64,000 bases of DNA. Source: an uncultured Gammaproteobacteria bacterium (GTDB lineage: Bacteria; Pseudomonadota; Gammaproteobacteria; JAURND01). Positions within the stretch are counted from its first letter, which is position 1, and each line of letters starts with the position of its first letter. Made by a program: the position numbers and the translations under genes. Location of the stretch: assembly GCA_963777715.1 (NCBI GenBank), contig CAVZRN010000008.1:56928-120927 (forward strand). Direction: 5' to 3'. Below the pieces are notes generated by a model that was not told where the DNA came from, made no database searches, and was given only the letters and a program-made list of their open reading frames with translations. Positions 22,798 to 31,256 of the stretch are shown here, piece by piece.

Positions 22798-23559
22798 GTG
22801 CCGTCATTAACTCCCAATATCGTTCTCATTGGCGCCATGCAAGAGGAAATAGCAACTCTGCGTGCAGCCATTGCTAATTGTCAACATCGTAAAATAGGCC
22901 CCGTAGATTTTTACAGTGGACATATTTTTGATCACTCCGTGGTGCTGGTATGTTCGGGTATCGGCAAGGTTAACGCGGCCATTGCCTCCACCCTGGCGAT
23001 TGAGCATTTTAACCCTATCTGCATTATCAATATTGGGGCATTGGGCGCACTGGAAGCGCATTTAGAACCGGGCGGCATTATTTTATCCGCATCCGTAGCC
23101 TATCATGACGTCGATGCAACCACATGGGGTTACCAACACGGACAAGTTCCACGTATGCCAGTAGATTATCAAGCATCACACGCCTTGCTATATTTATTTG
23201 AAGGATTGGCAGGAAAATTAGCCTTAACCTTTTACAAGGGCGTGGGCGTCACTGGCGATCAATTTCTCGCCAGCGATACCTTGCTTACTACACTGAAACT
23301 CAAATTCCCAACTGCCATTGGCGTCGATATGGAAGCAGCCAGCATTGCGCAGGTTGCGCATCTATTTAATATACCCTTTGTCAGTGTCCGTGCTGTTAGC
23401 GATCACGCCAACGATAGCGCAATAATGCATTCTAATGCTAACTTATCGAAGGCAGCCGATAATATTGCCAAGTTGATCTTATCAGCTATCCCCCAGGTAG
23501 CTATCTCCCTACAGATGGAAGGGGAGAACGCTGCTTTAAATAATGCTGAAAACTCATAA
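22798..23559 (+). CDS. mtnN: 5'-methylthioadenosine / S-adenosylhomocysteine nucleosidase (Pfs/MtnN).
   Basis: Colinear with E. coli Pfs (IGAMQEE…, SGIGKVNAA, VDMEAASIAQV). Confidence 0.9.
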   Translation: MPSLTPNIVLIGAMQEEIATLRAAIANCQHRKIGPVDFYSGHIFDHSVVLVCSGIGKVNAAIASTLAIEHFNPICIINIGALGALEAHLEPGGIILSASVAYHDVDATTWGYQHGQVPRMPVDYQASHALLYLFEGLAGKLALTFYKGVGVTGDQFLASDTLLTTLKLKFPTAIGVDMEAASIAQVAHLFNIPFVSVRAVSDHANDSAIMHSNANLSKAADNIAKLILSAIPQVAISLQMEGENAALNNAENS

Positions 23560-24508
23560 TCTTCTGATCACTTAAGCTAAACTGTTCGTGCTTAATCACA
23601 CTGCAGTAGTATAATTTTCCTCGACGTTCAAATGATTGCATGATCGGGAATAAAAAGTGACCCCAATCTGACACGTGTCGTTTTTTCTCCACCTCTGAAA
23701 ACAAGAACAACAAATGCGTGCGTGCAATTAATTTATTTAATGCACTGCTGCTCGCCCTATGCACAGTCCCAGTATCTAATTCTTGCGCAAATTCCTCTTC
23801 GGTTCTAATAACCAACCAATATGGCTTGCCCTGCTTATCTAATCCCAAACAGCTACCAAGGGAATCTAGTTGATAATACTCCACAATACGATAATCACTT
23901 ATAAAATCATTCAGTAATCTAGCGTAGTCATCCGTTGCCTGGTAGTCATTTAGATGGCTGCCCATCAATGACAACGAAATATCGGAGAAATATTTAAACT
24001 GCATACGTAAGATAATTTTATTCAGTTCATCCAATATATGATTGCTATCCTTAACAATAAATGCGTCAATGATACCTTCATTAAGCGCATTCACTGGCGC
24101 ATCAGATTCAAGTTTATCCATCAACATGATTTTCTTGATCGGCAAATCGACTATCTTCCTACAAAATTCAACGCCATTCATATGCGGCATAATAGAATCT
24201 ACTAATACCGCGGAAATTTTTGCAAAACGATTCTGATTAAACGCTAATTGGGGCAAGCGTCGATAATCCATGGTTTTTGCCACAAAATCTAGATCAACCT
24301 CACTAGGCGCAATAGGCGCCACCAGGCATGATTGCATCATAGACAGATCGGTAGCTGTGTGTAAAATATCTAATGCCATTGCCAAGTTTTGATAGCATAA
24401 AGTCGGCTGCAATCTCTGGAAATGGGTAGTGAAGTTCTTGGAAAAAGTCCGATCATCACTCACCATCATTAGTGTAGTCGGCCAATAAAACAAGGGGGAT
24501 GTTTTCAT
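23501..24508 (-). CDS. Orphan atypical response regulator. Receiver-like domain with the putative phospho-acceptor Asp at about position 104 (AVLVDSIMPHMNGVEF) and an uncharacterised C-terminal domain of about 200 aa. LqsR-like architecture.
   Basis: REC motifs: Asp at ~104 in the β3-α3 consensus (LVDSIMPHMNG) and Lys in DAFIVKD. No kinase gene adjacent. Its 3' end overlaps the convergent pfs. Confidence 0.5.
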   Translation of the reverse strand: MKTSPLFYWPTTLMMVSDDRTFSKNFTTHFQRLQPTLCYQNLAMALDILHTATDLSMMQSCLVAPIAPSEVDLDFVAKTMDYRRLPQLAFNQNRFAKISAVLVDSIMPHMNGVEFCRKIVDLPIKKIMLMDKLESDAPVNALNEGIIDAFIVKDSNHILDELNKIILRMQFKYFSDISLSLMGSHLNDYQATDDYARLLNDFISDYRIVEYYQLDSLGSCLGLDKQGKPYWLVIRTEEEFAQELDTGTVHRASSSALNKLIARTHLLFLFSEVEKKRHVSDWGHFLFPIMQSFERRGKLYYCSVIKHEQFSLSDQKIMSFQHYLKQRSPLPSVGR

Positions 24509-24791
24509 GATAGGCTCTCTTTAGTTAAAATTTGCGCTTATTCTACATAAAAAGAATTGTAAATCAAGTAAATAATTTTAATTTGATTCTAATTGGGGAT
24601 TTGCAGCTTGCCCACCACTGACGTTAACTAATGCACATTTACACCATCTTCCTCTTGTATCGTGATCTGCAAGCAGTATCTTTTTACCACCTTCATATTG
24701 CAAGTTTTTTAGCGGAATTGATTGCTGTATTGAATACTCATACTCATAGCATATCTCCTTATTGAGTTAGTGGTGGGCTTAGGAAATCGTA

Positions 24792-25007
24792 TTAGTCTTT
24801 TTTAAGCTTACCTACCCTCCACTTTTGTTCATTAGTTAATTGCTTTTCAGCTTGTATGCGTTGGTAAATTTCGTGGCGATGCACTGGCACTTCTGTTGGG
24901 GCGTCGATGCCAAGACGAACTTGGTTTCTTTTAACGCCAAGAACGGTAAGCGTAATCTCGCCACCAATTATAATTTTTTCGCCTGGTTTTCTGGTTAGAA
25001 TTAACAT
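24792..25007 (-). CDS. csrA: Carbon storage regulator CsrA family protein (71 aa), probably a paralog given its context.
   Basis: [52 protein letters not shown] is nearly identical in pattern to E. coli CsrA. Confidence 0.9.
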   Translation of the reverse strand: MLILTRKPGEKIIIGGEITLTVLGVKRNQVRLGIDAPTEVPVHRHEIYQRIQAEKQLTNEQKWRVGKLKKD

Positions 25008-25325
25008 TCTTTATCTCCTCCTAAATAGTTGATAAATATAGTGTTTTTACAACTTTTAGTTGATTAGGTTTTAAAGACAAATTTCTAATAAAATTCTTTT
25101 TGCGTAGTTTATTACCCCCCTTTTTATAAAATTTAATCCACCGCCTATTTTTTTGTTACGATGGAGCATTGAATCGGGTACAATTTTATAGGCGCTGCTT
25201 TTTGCCACGATGGTTTCGGTAGCTTCTATTTTACTATTATGCATCATTGCATAATATATTGCAACATAGAATATAGCAGGGGAAAGGATTCTCTTGACCC
25301 CAACCTGTCTTATCAGGGAAATGTA

Positions 25326-26018
25326 ATGAATAAAACCAATACTTTGGCTAAGAATCTTAAGTCACTAATGCAGTTTAGGCATATTACTGAGTCTGATCTT
25401 GCGCGTGTAACTTGTGTTAGCCAACCTGTTATCAACAGGCTAGCAAAGGGGATCACCACCAATCCCAATGTTGATACGCTTCGACCAATTGCAAAATTCT
25501 TTAACGTTAGCATTGGTCAGCTAGTAGGTGATGAACGGTTATTCTTACCAGAGAATCTTATTTCCAGCGATGAGCCTATACTTGCCTCAAGCCTAATTGA
25601 AGTTCCCATTATTACTTGGGAAAGAGCTGCACAATGGCAGAATATTCCTGCGAAACAACAGATAGAGAAGTTTAAAAAGTTTATTCGCCTCGATGCTAAT
25701 TTGTCAGACTATGCCTATGCCTTACTCATTGAGGACAGCACAATGGAACCTACTTTCATGAAGGGAACATGTATCGTTATTGAACCAGAACTTGAGCCGG
25801 TTGATCGTGATTATGTGGTTGTTGTTTTAAAGGGGCAAAAAAAACCTATATTTAAACAAATACTTTTTAGCGGAGAAGAAGCCTTTTTAAAGTCACTTAA
25901 TCCAGACTTTGATACGCTTCAGACAACTAAAAATTGCAAGATAATAGGTGTTGCTGTGCAAGGACACATTAATTTAAAAGAAACCAGGAGTAATGAATAT
26001 GGAGTTAATGCACCGTAG
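25326..26018 (+). CDS. LexA/CI-like repressor: XRE HTH plus an S24 peptidase domain (Ser in DSTMEPT, Lys in FKQIL).
   Basis: Classic HTH (LAKNLKSLMQFRHITESDLARVTCVSQPVINRLAKG) and S24 motifs. Start at MNKTN, with an AGGGA Shine-Dalgarno about 8 nt upstream. Confidence 0.8.
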   Translation: MNKTNTLAKNLKSLMQFRHITESDLARVTCVSQPVINRLAKGITTNPNVDTLRPIAKFFNVSIGQLVGDERLFLPENLISSDEPILASSLIEVPIITWERAAQWQNIPAKQQIEKFKKFIRLDANLSDYAYALLIEDSTMEPTFMKGTCIVIEPELEPVDRDYVVVVLKGQKKPIFKQILFSGEEAFLKSLNPDFDTLQTTKNCKIIGVAVQGHINLKETRSNEYGVNAP

Positions 26019-26694
26019 TAGACAACAGTATAAATATTTTTACTTGCTTGCAATGATCTATACAACCATCATGGTCGCAGCAACGACCGTGGCATATAAG
26101 GTGGTACAAATAGGCCCATTTATAGCAACGAGCGCCTCTGTTGTTTTTCCTGTCACATTTACGTTAGGTGGAATTATATCTGAAGTGTATGGTTATGAAA
26201 TTTCAAAAAAATTGGTCTTTTCGTCTATATTTTGCGGGCTTTTATTTGCTGTTATTGTAAATAGTTGTATTTATTTGCCATCACCCCCGAATTGGCAAGG
26301 GCAAGCTGCCTTTACCACAACCTTGGGACACACGCTGCGTTTTGCAGTTTCTGGAACCATAGGAAGTTTAGTAGGAAGCTATATAAATATCTTTTCTGTC
26401 ACGCGCTGGAAGGCTTTAATGAAGGGAAAATATTTTCCTTTGCGCAGCTTTGGAGCATCCACCATTGGAGAATTTTGTCTGGTATTGATAACTACCTTGC
26501 TATCTTTTTTGGGTACTTTACCTACTAACATGGTGTTTAAAATGTTTCTGTTTGCTTATGTTTCAAAAATTTTATACTCGTTATTGTTACTTTGGCCGGC
26601 GGCCATCGTGGCGATAATGCTTAAAAAATCAGAAGGAATCGACATATTTGATAATGAAGGAAAAATAATTACACAAGAATATGACTATTCATGA
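25993..26694 (+). CDS. yhhQ: Queuosine-precursor (preQ0/preQ1) transporter, YhhQ/DUF165 family.
   Basis: FPVTFTLGGIISEVYGYE and its topology are colinear with E. coli YhhQ. Confidence 0.8.
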   Translation: MNMELMHRSRQQYKYFYLLAMIYTTIMVAATTVAYKVVQIGPFIATSASVVFPVTFTLGGIISEVYGYEISKKLVFSSIFCGLLFAVIVNSCIYLPSPPNWQGQAAFTTTLGHTLRFAVSGTIGSLVGSYINIFSVTRWKALMKGKYFPLRSFGASTIGEFCLVLITTLLSFLGTLPTNMVFKMFLFAYVSKILYSLLLLWPAAIVAIMLKKSEGIDIFDNEGKIITQEYDYS

Positions 26695-27212
26695 AGATAT
26701 TAATATTGGGAAATGGTGGTTCGGGTAAATCCTATCTGGCAAAACGACTAGCTGCTCTATTAACTTGCGAACCAATACATCTTGACAACCTATACTGGAA
26801 TCCTGGTAGTTGGATACACAATTCTAAGGATCAATGGGATACTGCCTTACTACAGTATTTACAAAAAGAAACTTGGGTAATGGAAGGCACGCCGATGCGT
26901 GACCTTTCTGTTAGAATAGCTCACGCCGATTTAATTGTTTTATTAGATACCGCCAGATATATTTGTATTTTAAGAGTTATCCGAAAGGGTATTGCAAATA
27001 TAATTAGGAAAAATAAACCCTATAATGATGGATGTCCTATTCGTGGACTAAGTCTACGAGCAATAAAGTGGGTATGGAATTACCCTTACAAAACAAGACC
27101 CATCATTCTATCTCAATTGGCTGCTGCTCAATCTAGCAAAAATGTGCTTTACCTAAAGAACAAACAAGAATCCGCGCTATTAATTAAAAATTTTTCTGTT
27201 TATTTATCTTAA
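26691..27212 (+). CDS. FlaR-like 'DNA topology modulation' protein, an adenylate-kinase-like P-loop kinase.
   Basis: GNGGSGKSYLAKRL P-loop, HLDNLYWNPGSW, and …WVWNYPYKTRP match the FlaR/topology-modulation family almost position for position. Confidence 0.8.
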   Translation: MKILILGNGGSGKSYLAKRLAALLTCEPIHLDNLYWNPGSWIHNSKDQWDTALLQYLQKETWVMEGTPMRDLSVRIAHADLIVLLDTARYICILRVIRKGIANIIRKNKPYNDGCPIRGLSLRAIKWVWNYPYKTRPIILSQLAAAQSSKNVLYLKNKQESALLIKNFSVYLS

Positions 27213-27726
27213 TCAGCTTTAACATATCCATCAATTTTCTTTCCTTGCGCACCTGATTTTCCGCAAAAGCCTTACCTATTTTAAATGCATCTTCTTGACT
27301 AAATTCTGTTATAAGCTTCATATTTTTGGCGAGATCATCTACTGTAGCTCGAAATTTCTTGGAAGTCCCTTTTTCACCATACACTATCACGTAGCTGTCT
27401 AGATTCCCCCTAAAATCTTGTAAGAGGAGCTTATATTTCGGTGCACATTTAACGGAAACAGCCAAGGTGGCTATAATCTTAACGTCTGCAGGTGAAAACC
27501 CATTTACTAATTGATCATCTTCGTAAATTTCAAGTGGAGTTAAAGGAACATTTGTATTTGTACCTACAATTTTAACAACAAGGCGATCCTCTGCTATATT
27601 TTTTCCTTTTTGCCAGCCAATGAGTTGGTAATTAAATTTTCTAGTTTCTTTTGCTTCTGCAAGTATTTTTCCAAAATTCTCTAAAATCCAGCTGACATAT
27701 TGGGTTAAGTTATTCTTGTTGGCCAT
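27184..27726 (-). CDS. Hypothetical protein (180 aa) with no recognisable motif.
   Basis: ORF only. Convergent with the flaR-like gene, with a short overlap. Confidence 0.3.
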   Translation of the reverse strand: MANKNNLTQYVSWILENFGKILAEAKETRKFNYQLIGWQKGKNIAEDRLVVKIVGTNTNVPLTPLEIYEDDQLVNGFSPADVKIIATLAVSVKCAPKYKLLLQDFRGNLDSYVIVYGEKGTSKKFRATVDDLAKNMKLITEFSQEDAFKIGKAFAENQVRKERKLMDMLKLIKINKQKNF

Positions 27727-28133
27727 ACTTAAGCTCTCCCTTATTCAAATATTCGTACCTTAAAGTGCAATGAGTATACCCACTTGGGTGACATTCTAAT
27801 TAACGTCAGTTACAGCTAAGCTTGTTTAGCCTGGATCACTAATAGCTTGCTCATCCCGGAGACAAATTTATGGTTTAACCTTGTGAATAGTTTCCCAAAG
27901 AGATTTATACTCTCGAGTTATCTTATGCAGTAAAGCCAACAGAAAATTTTCCCGCAGGGTAGTGGTGCCCACAGAACTTTTCATGCGTTAATCCTCCTCT
28001 CAAATAATTAAAGGGAGATTAAATTTTCTTGTACACCTTGTCAATATATGTTTATATATTAAAATAACCTAAGATTTATATTAAAATAGCATTTATCGCC
28101 AATTTATTTTTATAGATGAAAATTAAATGAAAA

Positions 28134-29036
28134 TTGCTAATTTTTACCGATTCCGTACTGGAAGGTAAACATCAAGATGATAGCATAATGAAAAGCTGGG
28201 ACTCTGAATATTACGATAAAAATTCCATTATGCAGTTTCGCACTGCAATGGAGATGCTTAAACAACTACACCTCAATGGCAACGAAGCTATTTTAGATAT
28301 TGGCTGTGGCAGTGGGAAAATTACTGCGGAACTTGCTAAAAAAACACGGCAACACGTTACTGGTTTAGACTTATCACCAGGCATGGTGCAATTTGCAAAT
28401 AAACATTATAAGGCGGAGAACCTATCGTTTGTCGTGGGTGATGTCACCAAAATGCGATTTAAACAGCAATTTGACGTGGCTGCATCCTTCTGGACTTTAT
28501 CTTGGGTAGAAAATCAACATTTAGCGTTACAAAATATTCTAAATAGTCTTAAAGACGGCGGCAAAATTTTTCTTATGTATCCTATGCGCCATGATGTATA
28601 CGACGTTGTAGACCAAGTCATTCTAAGACCGGCATGGTCAAGTTATTTCCACCATTTCAAACCAAGACCATTTGTTACTGAAGAGACATACCGTAGAACT
28701 TTGCAAGCATTGAATATCCCCTATTCCTGCAATAAAAAACAGCTTGTTTGTAAATTCAGTGATTATGGAGAAATGGAGAATTCAATTCGTAGTTGGATGC
28801 CCCATTTAGATAGAATTCCTGACACAAGAAAAAAATCATTGTTTCTAGCGGATGTTATTGAAGAATATCTTTTATCACGTGATAGTTCAGATTTCTCTAT
28901 GTATTTTAACGTACTAGAAATCACCGGAGTAAAAATTTCCTTGGAAAAAGAACTTGACGATAAGTCATCGCTGGTTATTGAGGATAATAAAGATAGGCCA
29001 TTTCACAAGATAGCGGGGAACCAAAACCCAACTTAA
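28134..29036 (+). CDS. Class I SAM-dependent methyltransferase (trans-aconitate methyltransferase Tam-like).
   Basis: SAM motif I (LDIGCGSGKIT), post-I acidic residue (GLDLS) and motif II. The start may be the internal MKSWD. Confidence 0.7.
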   Translation: MLIFTDSVLEGKHQDDSIMKSWDSEYYDKNSIMQFRTAMEMLKQLHLNGNEAILDIGCGSGKITAELAKKTRQHVTGLDLSPGMVQFANKHYKAENLSFVVGDVTKMRFKQQFDVAASFWTLSWVENQHLALQNILNSLKDGGKIFLMYPMRHDVYDVVDQVILRPAWSSYFHHFKPRPFVTEETYRRTLQALNIPYSCNKKQLVCKFSDYGEMENSIRSWMPHLDRIPDTRKKSLFLADVIEEYLLSRDSSDFSMYFNVLEITGVKISLEKELDDKSSLVIEDNKDRPFHKIAGNQNPT

Positions 29037-29150
29037 CAACAGGCTGGGTTTTTAGTGTCAATAAGCTTGATTTTTGGGTTCCCGCTGTCTTGCTTAATGC
29101 CTCTAAAAAACTAAGAGCGGCGGGAATGACAACGGGAGAGTATGTGCCAT
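29037..29150 (-). repeat. Partial copy (5' half) of MITE-like family B, in reverse orientation.
   Basis: Reverse complement matches the first ~110 nt of the 19972 and 45171 copies. Confidence 0.7.
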
Positions 29151-29330
29151 GCTTCATGTCGTCCTTGGCGATGTGTGCATAGGTTAGCCCACAAGGGGAG
29201 AAGGAAAAAATTGGAGCACTATTGTAAGTTTGTGCAATTACTTAAGGTAGTGCCATTGAGTTCAGGGATGACAAGAAATAAGTTATACGCCAAAACCCCC
29301 AATCTCAAACGCGGTGAGCAGTTACCTTTT

Positions 29331-29810
29331 TTATTTCGGATATTCTAAATTTTTTTTAGTGGCGCGGCACAACGTTTCAAGATACCTCGCCGCTTCAAGG
29401 CGTGCCATGGGTAGGTTATGATCTAAGTAGTTACCACACTCTATCGGCGAGCAACCAGGCACTTTTCCTTTGAAATCTGCAATGTGTTCAAACAGCTCTA
29501 TAACAGCAGGTAATAGCTCCCTACTTTTATGAAACCCATTGATGACCCAATAAAATCCAGTGCGACACCCCATAGGGCCAAAATAAATCGTGCGCTTGCC
29601 CCACACGCGATGAAAGCGCAAAAAACTAGCGCCTATATGTTCAATCGTATGCACCTCCGCCATGTTTATCACTGGCTCTCGATTGGGAGCCTTCATACGT
29701 AGATCATACGTCGTCACTGGATGACCTGCCACCTCGTCAATGCGTGACACATATACACCTGGCAACAACTTTTCGTGATCGATACAAAAGCTAGCAATTT
29801 TTTTTTGCAT
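29331..29810 (-). CDS. luxS: S-ribosylhomocysteine lyase LuxS.
   Basis: HTIEH, PMGCRTGFY and ECGNY motifs, colinear with E. coli LuxS. Start at MQKKIASF. Confidence 0.9.
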   Translation of the reverse strand: MQKKIASFCIDHEKLLPGVYVSRIDEVAGHPVTTYDLRMKAPNREPVINMAEVHTIEHIGASFLRFHRVWGKRTIYFGPMGCRTGFYWVINGFHKSRELLPAVIELFEHIADFKGKVPGCSPIECGNYLDHNLPMARLEAARYLETLCRATKKNLEYPK

Positions 29811-29812
29811 AA

Positions 29813-31237
29813 TTAAGCACTGTTTTTTAATCGTGCACCATGTTCGGCCAAAACATGCGCCACACACCCCGTCACTCGCTTACCCGCATCTATGTGCAAA
29901 AATTCATTCGGCCCATGCGCATTGGAATGTGGCCCAAGCACACCGGTTATCATGAATTGCGCGTCAGGAAATTTTGCACCTAGCATGTGCATAAAGGGAA
30001 TAGAGCCGCCTTCGCCGAAATATATGGCAGGTTTGCCAAAGTATGCTTGTGATGCAGTGGTCATGGCGTCCGCCAACCACGGTTGCAATTCCGGCGCATT
30101 CCAACCAGAAGCCAGGCTCCTTGGCGTCAACGTTACCTTCGCTTGATAGGGCGGAGAATCCTCTAAAATTTTCTTCAACGCCGCCATTCCTTTTTCTGGA
30201 TCGCACATAGGAGGAACACGCATCGATAACAACAGGGATGTTTTAGGGCGCAATACATTGCCTGCATCCGCCAGCTTTGGAATATCATCCGCACCAGTAA
30301 TAGCTAGCGCCGGTTTCCAAGTACGATTGATAATCATCTGATCATAGGGAACATTTGCCGGTTTTACGCCACTAACCCAAGGATATTCTAACCATACAAC
30401 ATCACCCATCACTTCCGCGGCGTGTTTTGCCTCCTTAATACGACCCGATGGAATATCAACGTGCAATTCTTTAACTAACACTTCACCCGTGGTTTCATTT
30501 TCAATACGACTTAATAATTCACGCATAATACGCAAACTGCAAGGGACAACGCCGCTGCTGGCGCCAGAATGCACGCCCTCGGTTAACACTTCTACTGTCA
30601 ATGTCGCATTAATCAATCCCCGCAACGACGTCGTGCACCACAATTGCTCATAATTTCCTGAACCAGAATCCAGGCAAATAACTAATTCTGGACTACCAAT
30701 TTGTGGCTTTAAATGTTCGACATAGGCTGGCAAATCGTTACTACCGCTTTCTTCACTGGCTTCAATTAAGATGACACAACGCGCATGGGAAATGCGTTGT
30801 TGTTTTAATGCCTTAATGGCAGTCAGTGCTGCAAACACCGCATAACCATCATCAGCGCCGCCACGCCCATACAGGCGTCCGTCTTTTAACACTGGCTTCC
30901 ATGGATCTAACCCCTCATGCCAACCGACCATTTCCGGCTGCTTATCCATATGCCCATATAAAACCACTGTCTTAGCAGTATTATCTCCAGGCACCTCAAT
31001 TAACAATAAGGGAGTGCGCCCTGGCAGGCGATGAACGGTTAGTTGGATATCCGGCAGATTTTGCGCATAACACCAATTAGTTATTAGTTCCATGGCTTGA
31101 TCGATGTAACCGTTCTTTCGCCAGTCTGGATCATATGCAGGAGATTTACATGGTATTTCAATGTACTTACTAATAGTTGGGATAATGGTTTGATCCCAGG
31201 TTTGATTGATGAACTGCTGAGCTTGCTGAGAATTCAT
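29813..31237 (-). CDS. M20-family metallopeptidase (dipeptidase-like, 474 aa).
   Basis: M20 metal-binding motifs (HMDKQP, GRGGADDG, EASEESGS). Confidence 0.75.
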   Translation of the reverse strand: MNSQQAQQFINQTWDQTIIPTISKYIEIPCKSPAYDPDWRKNGYIDQAMELITNWCYAQNLPDIQLTVHRLPGRTPLLLIEVPGDNTAKTVVLYGHMDKQPEMVGWHEGLDPWKPVLKDGRLYGRGGADDGYAVFAALTAIKALKQQRISHARCVILIEASEESGSNDLPAYVEHLKPQIGSPELVICLDSGSGNYEQLWCTTSLRGLINATLTVEVLTEGVHSGASSGVVPCSLRIMRELLSRIENETTGEVLVKELHVDIPSGRIKEAKHAAEVMGDVVWLEYPWVSGVKPANVPYDQMIINRTWKPALAITGADDIPKLADAGNVLRPKTSLLLSMRVPPMCDPEKGMAALKKILEDSPPYQAKVTLTPRSLASGWNAPELQPWLADAMTTASQAYFGKPAIYFGEGGSIPFMHMLGAKFPDAQFMITGVLGPHSNAHGPNEFLHIDAGKRVTGCVAHVLAEHGARLKNSA

Positions 31238-31256
31238 AACTAATTCGCCTGTATTG

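Noticed and set aside
24600-24790. Mini-ORFs of 12 and 22 aa inside the inverted-repeat-bounded element downstream of csrA.
   Set aside because: They have no Shine-Dalgarno, are very short and have no homology. The RNA-element interpretation fits better, though that too is unproven.
25008-25325. Looked for a preQ1 riboswitch upstream of the yhhQ-containing operon.
   Set aside because: No preQ1-I-like hairpin plus A-rich tail was seen. yhhQ is the second gene, and its start overlaps the repressor gene.
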